Origin: a virus
Reading direction: 5' to 3' (one strand)
IMG/VR virus record: IMGVR_UViG_3300009678_000058
Length of the DNA stretch: 64,000 nt
Positions 57,874 through 64,000 of the stretch are shown in pieces (position 1 is the stretch's first letter; every line of letters starts with the position of its first letter). A model generated the notes under the pieces. That model was given only the letters and a program-made list of their open reading frames with translations. It did not search any database and had not been told where the DNA came from. The position numbers and the translations under genes are program-made.

Positions 57874-58539
57874 GTTAAGAATGGTACACCTATAAGAGGT
57901 GTATCCTTCTTTTTTTATTGCCTTCATAGAAAAGGGAGATAGGTTATTGTGAATAAATATATTTGGAAATGTCAGAAAAATACCATAACTTACAGTCATT
58001 CACCCTCTCCCTCACCACTTATACCCTCTCCCCACCACACAACAAATCATCTTCCTAATCATCTTCCCCTATTCTATATAAAAAAAGGGGGTGCAGGGGG
58101 GAAATCGTTTTCCGCAAAGTTAATAGATTGATAATCAAAGGATTAATGAAAAAAGTTGCACCGTATTTTTACTATTTTGGCATGGAAAAATACGGTAAAA
58201 AGTGAGTATTTGTACTTGATGGCTTACAAATGTTAGTAAGTAGGAGAGAGAGTGGAGGTCAAGAAGATTAGAGAGACTGGAGTTATTGTTAATGAAATGT
58301 TAAAGTATATTGGGTAGGAATAAGGTTAAATTGGGTATATAATTCCATACCCTAACAACCCCCACTAATCTCCGATGCCATTACCAGAATGCTATGTTAA
58401 TGCTAACTATTAGGTTAAACTCGGAGCACTTTGAGGCTTAAAAGCATAGCTAACTTGCTCAGTACCTGGTGATTAGTTATTTGTGCATCTAAAAAACATG
58501 CAAATCTTGCCTTAACTATAATTTTAATAGCCTTTAATT

Positions 58540-58680
58540 ATGAAAGATGGACTCTATCAGGTAACTAATACCTATCTGTGTGCAGGATTTGTTATCCAAA
58601 ATGGTATTATCACCCATTGTGCACCTATACTACGCAGAAAGATTGGCTATTGGATGACAGTTGCCAAGTTTATCTCATAG
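58540..58680 (+). CDS. Small hypothetical protein (below cutoff)
   Basis: Hand translation gives 46 aa, MKDGLYQVTNTYLCAGFVIQNGIITHCAPILRRKIGYWMTVAKFIS. Confidence 0.5.
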   Translation: MKDGLYQVTNTYLCAGFVIQNGIITHCAPILRRKIGYWMTVAKFIS

Positions 58681-58708
58681 TTTCTCAATCACCTATAATT
58701 TTAATCAA

Positions 58709-58948
58709 ATGACAAAGCTAAAACAGCTCTATTCCAGCAACACACTCAATCCTGTCCTCTATCACATCACAAACTGGGTAAATTCCCATCATGATGAGAC
58801 TCAGGAACCCATTCTTTCTGATTACATTGACTATGAAGAGATGATTGTCAAACCAGCTCATTATCTAATGAAGTTCAATGAGGAAGACTGGCAGTGGGAA
58901 GTCCTATTTTTTGATACCTATGAAACTATTGAAGAATTACCATTTTAA
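58709..58948 (+). CDS. Hypothetical acidic protein (start MTKLK)
   Basis: 79 aa; TTTTAATCAA leader before the ATG. Confidence 0.55.
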   Translation: MTKLKQLYSSNTLNPVLYHITNWVNSHHDETQEPILSDYIDYEEMIVKPAHYLMKFNEEDWQWEVLFFDTYETIEELPF

Positions 58949-58975
58949 TCATACTCTAAACCCAACTCATTACTC

Positions 58976-59380
58976 ATGAAAAAGACATCTAAATCATCAA
59001 ACCCAGAAGCAAGCTATACAATTCATACTATCTTGTTCTGCTTAGCTTTAGCAGTACTCATCTCCTTAGTTTCCTGTGATTCTAAATCTGGTCACATGAA
59101 ACCTAAAGCCAAATTAAGGATTGCAGCATTTGCTCAACCTCCAACTGGCCACATCTGCAAAGATCTAAATCACATCAAATGTGATGGTGAATGTACATGT
59201 GATGGAATGGAGTGTCCAAGCCCTATGCCACAGATTGTCATCAAGCAGATCAATGTAACTCCTGGTGGTTATATCTCTTGCAGATACATTTCTACAGATG
59301 GAGAAGAATATGCTTATGATCACATGACATCAGAGCAATTTCACAATATCTTTGGTTTCTTAGTCTCTACAGAGGAATAA
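58976..59380 (+). CDS. Putative lipoprotein
   Basis: 134 aa. Hydrophobic segment ending in lipobox-like LVSC, then a Cys-rich segment. Confidence 0.6.
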   Translation: MKKTSKSSNPEASYTIHTILFCLALAVLISLVSCDSKSGHMKPKAKLRIAAFAQPPTGHICKDLNHIKCDGECTCDGMECPSPMPQIVIKQINVTPGGYISCRYISTDGEEYAYDHMTSEQFHNIFGFLVSTEE

Positions 59381-59901
59381 AATATTAAAATACTGCTGTG
59401 GTACACACACTTAAGTGCACAAGGTGTAGTGAATAATCCTACTGTCACTGGATGACAGCATTAGAAACACCCTAAAAAAGGCAGGGGCCATGCAGTATTT
59501 TAAACTTCTTTAAACATAGTGTCCAAATCCCAAAAGAAGGTGGTGAGAGAAACATGATAAGAAGTAATCATGGAGTATCAAAAACTGGACTGTAATCCTG
59601 AGTAGAATTAAAATAAATTCCAAAAGGAGAAAAAGTGGGAGAACCAGCACTATATTTAATTTCATTTCATTTAAGAACAAAACCGAGGGATAAAATAAAG
59701 CAGTCTTGTTGTATGATTGCTGGAAAATAAACCCTCCATTCAGGTAAGTGGGCCAATACTGCCTGAGTGTACATACAACTTTCACCTGTGGGGTGGCCCT
59801 CATGGGATACAGCAATAAGACAGGAGTTCTGGTGTAATAAAGCACCGTAGCCTGTCTTTCTTTTTAAATTATTGCTCTGACAAAACAGGGCATCCTTGTT
59901 T

Positions 59902-60078
59902 ATGACCATTTACCGTTATTACTGGGAAGAGACTCATTCATGTGTCATCCATCCCTTAACAAGCTGGCATACCACCAAAGAAGGTGCTTATGCAGACCTG
60001 CTTAAAGGCCATCCTGAGGCCACTGACCCTGATGAGTGGGAGATGAATCTTGAGCAAGCCACTCTTATTCAGGATTGA
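59902..60078 (+). CDS. Small hypothetical protein
   Basis: 58 aa from the first ATG. Confidence 0.5.
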   Translation: MTIYRYYWEETHSCVIHPLTSWHTTKEGAYADLLKGHPEATDPDEWEMNLEQATLIQD

Positions 60079-60445
60079 TTTTTCAAGGTGCTATAAAGTG
60101 CTATATGTTCAGAGTTGACAGCAATGCAACACTAATACATGGATCAGCAGCCTTGTTTTCATTTTCATTTTCATTAATTTGATTATAACCCATAAGGGTT
60201 CATATATTAATAAACCAAAAGGGCTGAATGTAAGGAACTGGAAGATATACCCAGTACCGGAATATAGGCTCTTATTCAATGGCAGGCAGTGAGTGTCCTT
60301 GGACAGACACTACTGGTGTAACCATTGGATTATTTAATAACAATCTTATAGTATCCAAGTACTATTGTATATCAAAAGCCCTGCATTCAGGCCACAGGCC
60401 AGGAGAGTGCAGGCTATATTTTTAAATCACCAAAACACCAGATAT

Positions 60446-60673
60446 ATGGAGCATCAAATCAGTTATGATATGCTATTTCCAACAGTCAACACACTCAACA
60501 ATGATTTTCCTGATGTTGATATTCAGAGAAGATTAGTAAATGAAGAAGTGTGCTATTTCATGATCATACCTGACCAGTACACATCACAGCAATTAATAAT
60601 GCTGGGAATGCTGTTGGGTAAGGCTTACATGAAATTATGGACTATTGAGCAAATTCAGGAACTCCCTTGCTGA
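60446..60673 (+). CDS. Hypothetical protein (start MEHQI)
   Basis: 75 aa; TTTAAATCA leader. Confidence 0.55.
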   Translation: MEHQISYDMLFPTVNTLNNDFPDVDIQRRLVNEEVCYFMIIPDQYTSQQLIMLGMLLGKAYMKLWTIEQIQELPC

Positions 60674-60820
60674 TATAAACTAGCGCAACTTGTAGGTAGT
60701 AGGGATAAACCTTCACATAGCTCCGGCATTATCTCCAGTAATACTTATAACTAAGTATGAAAAAGGATAATGTCCGGGGTTACTTTTATTATTTAAATCA
60801 TCAATCAAATCAAAGTACAA

Positions 60821-61216
60821 ATGAAAAAGTTAAGTATGGTTGCAGGATTCCTAATCCTGTTTGTAATAGTCAGCAGGGCACAGGAACCCAAAGTCATCTA
60901 CACTAAACATGTAACCATTGGTTACTGGAGTGAGGTGACAAATCAATATGAATATGATAATCGCGAAGAAGAAAGGATGAAGATTATTATGGAACCCGGA
61001 AGGCTTTATATTCTAAATGAAGCCCAGTCCTCATTCAGGTATATCAAAAAACTTGAGCTGCCAAAAAGCAAGACTGAACAGGTCAATGAGTATGTATGCA
61101 GGGATAAAGATGGAAAATCCTGCCAAGTAAGGCTTGTTCTTGATTACACTGATAAAAGTTTTTGGATTTTTGTCAAGTATGATAACTACGCAGTATGCTA
61201 TGAAATGGAAGATTAA
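60821..61216 (+). CDS. Secreted protein (Sec signal peptide)
   Basis: MKKLSMVAGFLILFVIVSRA|QEPK, an SPI-like cleavage typical of Bacteroidota; beta-rich mature part. Confidence 0.65.
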   Translation: MKKLSMVAGFLILFVIVSRAQEPKVIYTKHVTIGYWSEVTNQYEYDNREEERMKIIMEPGRLYILNEAQSSFRYIKKLELPKSKTEQVNEYVCRDKDGKSCQVRLVLDYTDKSFWIFVKYDNYAVCYEMED

Positions 61217-61256
61217 CTACTAATAAAAATTAAATAATTATTAATCCCTACCTACC

Positions 61257-61595
61257 ATGACCACACACAGATTCAAGGTGTTCCACCCAAGAGGTGGACA
61301 CCTCAACTACCAGTGCAAACCCAATTTCTATGAGTATGAAGAGATTTGTGAAATTGATGTCCCTGATCTCCATGATGTATTCAGAATGACCCAGAATGAT
61401 TTAAATCCCACCTATGCATTAGGTGGACACAGATCAACTTCTGTTGGAGATATCATTGTGGACATCAGTGATGGAGATACTTACCTCATTGAGGGCTTTG
61501 GCTTCAGGCAAATTGATCAGAGCTGGTTAATGTTCAGGAAGAACTCTTACATTACATACTCTTATTTAAAAATCTTTGGCAAACATGGAATTTAA
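61257..61595 (+). CDS. YodL-like domain protein
   Basis: VFRMTQN...GHRSTSVGDIIV...YLIEGFGF matches the YodL-like F..N.....RS.SVGD.V....Y.....GF pattern. Confidence 0.65.
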   Translation: MTTHRFKVFHPRGGHLNYQCKPNFYEYEEICEIDVPDLHDVFRMTQNDLNPTYALGGHRSTSVGDIIVDISDGDTYLIEGFGFRQIDQSWLMFRKNSYITYSYLKIFGKHGI

Positions 61596-61923
61596 ATTAT
61601 TTCCCACCGTCCCAAATACCCAGCTTACTCTACAAAAAAAGAGTGAGCTGGATCAGTATTTGAAGCAGCTAATCAATACCATCATTCATGACCTGAGAGC
61701 AAGAGGTGGTAACACCACTGACATGATTGATTTACTGGATTTGGCTCATTTTAAAATGACTCATCATTCCTTTTACAGAAGCCTGATTACAGAGGAGATT
61801 AATGATAAGCATTATACAGTGACAGTCATTGGAAGATTAACTGCTTATGTGGATATGTTTCATTTCTTTATGACACATGATCTTCCTCCAGTAAGGACTA
61901 AACCCAGACCTAAAATTTATTAA
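61576..61923 (+). CDS. Hypothetical protein
   Basis: 115-aa ORF overlapping the previous gene. Confidence 0.55.
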   Translation: MANMEFKLFPTVPNTQLTLQKKSELDQYLKQLINTIIHDLRARGGNTTDMIDLLDLAHFKMTHHSFYRSLITEEINDKHYTVTVIGRLTAYVDMFHFFMTHDLPPVRTKPRPKIY

Positions 61924-61932
61924 AATAAACTC

Positions 61933-62181
61933 ATGATCCGTAAACTCCCGCTTTTACTTGCTATACTATTAATTAGTATAGCCAGCTTTGCCAAAGACCC
62001 ATGCAAAGGCACAACAACTAAAGGTCAGCCCTGTAAATCAACCATGACATTAGCAGATGGATTTTGCAAACATCATTCACCACTAACTCCCAGATGTGGT
62101 GTAATGACTTCAAAGAAGATCCCCTGTAAAATGACAGTAAAAGTTGCCGGTGATAAATGCCAGCATCATGCCCCGAAATAA
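61933..62181 (+). CDS. Secreted small protein with two C-x3-T-x2-[G/K]-x2-CK...C-x2-H repeats (DUF5763-like)
   Basis: Signal peptide MIRKLPLLLAILLISIASFA, then CKGTTTKGQPCK...FCKHH and CGVMTSKKIPCK...KCQHH. Confidence 0.6.
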   Translation: MIRKLPLLLAILLISIASFAKDPCKGTTTKGQPCKSTMTLADGFCKHHSPLTPRCGVMTSKKIPCKMTVKVAGDKCQHHAPK

Positions 62182-62335
62182 TTCAACTTATTAGGTATAA
62201 TCTTACCATAGCATCCAAGAAGGCTTAAACCCTTGCAATGTGAGTCTTCCCCTGCAAGGATGAGAATTGCAAGTCTCATCCTATGGTGGACTTGGATTAT
62301 ACCTATTTTTTTTTAATCAATCAATTTTTAAGTTA

Positions 62336-62752
62336 ATGAAAAAGTTATTAATCTGCCTATTTGTATTAGGCACTATCACTATGAGCTGCAACAAAGGCAA
62401 TAATTCCACTGACCAGAATGTTTTATCAAAAGATGTTGTGGGAACTTACAAGCAATTTGTTTACAGAGTTGGCTCTAATTCATTTATCACTACTGTCACA
62501 GCTAATGCAGATGGTACACTCAGGATGAGATTTAAGGATTGCTGCAACCCGGAATATATTTTTACCAAGATAAAGCTGGCACCAGATTTAACCTTCACCC
62601 TGAATGAGGTCTTTGCAAGAAAGAATTACAATGGTTCAGCAGGAACTCCAAACCAGTGGGTAGGAAAGGGTTATTTTGGCCACAATACCATCTATCTTGA
62701 TTTCAAGTGTACAACCTGTTATGACAGGCTTCTAATTGATGGTGTCAAATAA
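62336..62752 (+). CDS. Lipoprotein (start MKKLL)
   Basis: MKKLLICLFVLGTITMS|C lipobox, then a beta-rich domain. Confidence 0.7.
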   Translation: MKKLLICLFVLGTITMSCNKGNNSTDQNVLSKDVVGTYKQFVYRVGSNSFITTVTANADGTLRMRFKDCCNPEYIFTKIKLAPDLTFTLNEVFARKNYNGSAGTPNQWVGKGYFGHNTIYLDFKCTTCYDRLLIDGVK

Positions 62753-63104
62753 AAGTATTTTTTAAATCAATTCAATAATTAATCATGTCATCACATTTTG
62801 ATACATCAATAGAAGACCTTGATCTCAGTGTCAGGTGTTACAATATACTAAGACACCATCTTAAGATCAACATATTAGGTGATCTTACCAAACTCACTGA
62901 AAAGGAGGTTATGCAGCATAGGCACATGGGATTTAAATCACTTGAAGAAATAAGAACACTAATGTCTGAAGCAGGATTATCCTTCAAAGAAATTCCACCT
63001 GTAGATAAAATAGGCCAATTGATATCCTCTGGATACATCACCATTGATGAACTCAGAGACTATCTAAACCGCAATACAAGTATTCTTTAAATCAATTCAA
63101 TAAT
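62753..63104 (+). repeat. 27-nt direct repeat at 62753-62779 and 63078-63104 (one mismatch)
   Basis: AAGTATT[T/C]TTTAAATCAATTCAATAAT precedes two consecutive start codons. Confidence 0.7.
62785..63090 (+). CDS. Stand-alone RNA polymerase alpha subunit C-terminal domain (alpha-CTD) homologue
   Basis: SIEDLDLSVRCYNIL...INILGDL...RHMGFKSLEEIRTLMSEAGLSF follows the RNA_pol_A_CTD consensus; no alpha-NTD. Confidence 0.85.
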   Translation: MSSHFDTSIEDLDLSVRCYNILRHHLKINILGDLTKLTEKEVMQHRHMGFKSLEEIRTLMSEAGLSFKEIPPVDKIGQLISSGYITIDELRDYLNRNTSIL

Positions 63105-63121
63105 CAATCAATTTTAATTTT

Positions 63122-63520
63122 ATGCAATCAGTTAAAAAGCCTGCACAAGCAAAAGCATCTGTTATGTCACCAGAGACATTAGCATCAATCAAGAAACAAA
63201 TTCGTAAATTTCACAGGGTATATGAGAAACTCTCAGGATACTGGAATGGCCCATACAAGGTGTTCCCTCATATTGTTGCCAGTTCTGTCCTGTTACAGAA
63301 TGCCAGCTTTGATGGATCATTCAACAGTGACTACTCTCATGAGAATGAAGTACACACCCTTTATCAAATCCTTGACCTGCTGACCACTATGAGAGATTAT
63401 CATGGCAATGAAGACTACATGATCACTTATGCCCATAATGAACTCAGTGACATTATCAATTATGCAGAGATGGCAGATATTTGTGCAGATGAACCAAAAG
63501 ATTTAGTAGGAATACTATAA
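63122..63520 (+). CDS. Hypothetical protein
   Basis: 132-aa ORF after the repeated leader. Confidence 0.6.
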   Translation: MQSVKKPAQAKASVMSPETLASIKKQIRKFHRVYEKLSGYWNGPYKVFPHIVASSVLLQNASFDGSFNSDYSHENEVHTLYQILDLLTTMRDYHGNEDYMITYAHNELSDIINYAEMADICADEPKDLVGIL

Positions 63521-63625
63521 AAAAGTTGGAGTGCCAACAATTAGAGTGTTTAGAAGAATAAGGAAGAGTATTTCTATACTCTTCCTATATTTAATCAGTC
63601 ATTCATTACTAAATCAATTAACATC

Positions 63626-63787
63626 ATGATCATGAAAACAATTCTCATCATATTGGCCATACTCTGTCTGTGCTTTGTTGACTCCTATATTATTATGGGA
63701 GGAATTGGTGTATTATTATTAGCAATGGTAGTAGTCCTTGATGCAATTAACACAAGACACAGAGAAGATAATAACAAAAAGCCTTAA
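63626..63787 (+). CDS. Small membrane protein (below cutoff)
   Basis: Hand translation gives 53 aa with two hydrophobic stretches and a charged tail (MIMKTILIILAILCLCF...REDNNKKP). Confidence 0.55.
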   Translation: MIMKTILIILAILCLCFVDSYIIMGGIGVLLLAMVVVLDAINTRHREDNNKKP

Positions 63788-63832
63788 ACTTACTTTACTG
63801 GCATAGTAAAGATTAAAATTGGTGATTTAAAT

Positions 63833-63862
63833 AAGCGGGATATCTCTATATCCTGCTTTTTT
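63833..63862 (+). terminator. Rho-independent terminator
   Basis: AAGCGGGATAT-CTCT-ATATCCTGCTT followed by a T-run. Confidence 0.75.
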
Positions 63863-64000
63863 CATTATTTTCTATCTTTATGCCTAAATTAACCAGCCAT
63901 GATGAAGCACATCTGCAAAAATTGCTGTATCAAATTTGACAGCTACAAGTTCAATAAATGTCCTGATTGCAATGAGCCTGTATTTCAAGAGTGGGGAGCA

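Larger units (their letters stand above)
56564..58373 (+). promoter_or_regulatory. Five dispersed copies of CA[G/A]CCCCCA[C/T]TAAT[T/C]CTTGG (candidate phage-RNAP promoter or protein-binding site)
   Basis: Copies at ~56564-56584, 56714-56732, 56816-56835, 57227-57249 and 58356-58373, all on the plus strand and upstream of likely gene starts, at the start of the early region. Confidence 0.5.

Noticed and set aside
56564-58373. CRISPR array or mini-array interpretation of the repeated motif
   Set aside because: Copies are short, degenerate and irregularly spaced (about 100 to 1100 nt apart), with genes in between and no cas genes.
59510-59909. Minus-strand ORFs in the early region (59510-59845, 59667-59909, 57772-57999, 62838-63044)
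   Set aside because: They oppose the local transcription direction and have low-information composition; no family motif recognised.
56640-62290. Canonical hammerhead/twister/pistol/HDV ribozymes in the early intergenic hairpins
   Set aside because: Core conserved nucleotides (e.g. CUGAUGA...GAAA) were not found by eye; these elements are retained only as unclassified structured candidates.
1-64000. GATC avoidance
   Set aside because: GATC occurs frequently throughout the window, so there is no sign of selection against it.

Overview
This window is a 64-kb segment of a crAss-like (Crassvirales-type) podophage genome with a probable Bacteroidota host, read in standard code 11. Bases 1 to ~56.3 kb form one minus-strand late/virion module. 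In transcription order it holds: a small accessory appendage cassette; small DNA-binding and hypothetical genes; tRNA-Cys; terminase large subunit; portal; acidic scaffold-like protein; major capsid protein; ring, auxiliary-capsid and tail-hub proteins; mosaic tail fibres; a glycoside-hydrolase-like/PKD protein; a PD-(D/E)xK nuclease; IHF-like and ring proteins; the muzzle/tail-stabilisation protein; and the ejected cargo proteins. The cargo includes a 4236-aa virion RNA polymerase polyprotein (DFDVD motif, C-terminal HExxH zincin) and another large cargo gene running off the left edge. At ~56.4-56.9 kb the coding strand switches. The plus-strand 'early' region has short genes (lipoproteins, secreted proteins, a YodL-like protein, a stand-alone RNAP alpha-CTD) separated by repeated motifs and structured intergenic elements. 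The most notable observations are: a possible NADAR-like domain inserted in the virion RNAP; the alpha-CTD mimic; a five-copy candidate phage-RNAP promoter; shared YGKEPL and xAxGG motifs in cargo proteins; a tail-fibre motif apparently split by an inserted cassette; an ORF in frame with TerL across one amber codon; and strong CpG depletion with an inverted CCGG/CCWGG preference. All family assignments are from motif recognition and synteny, not database searches.
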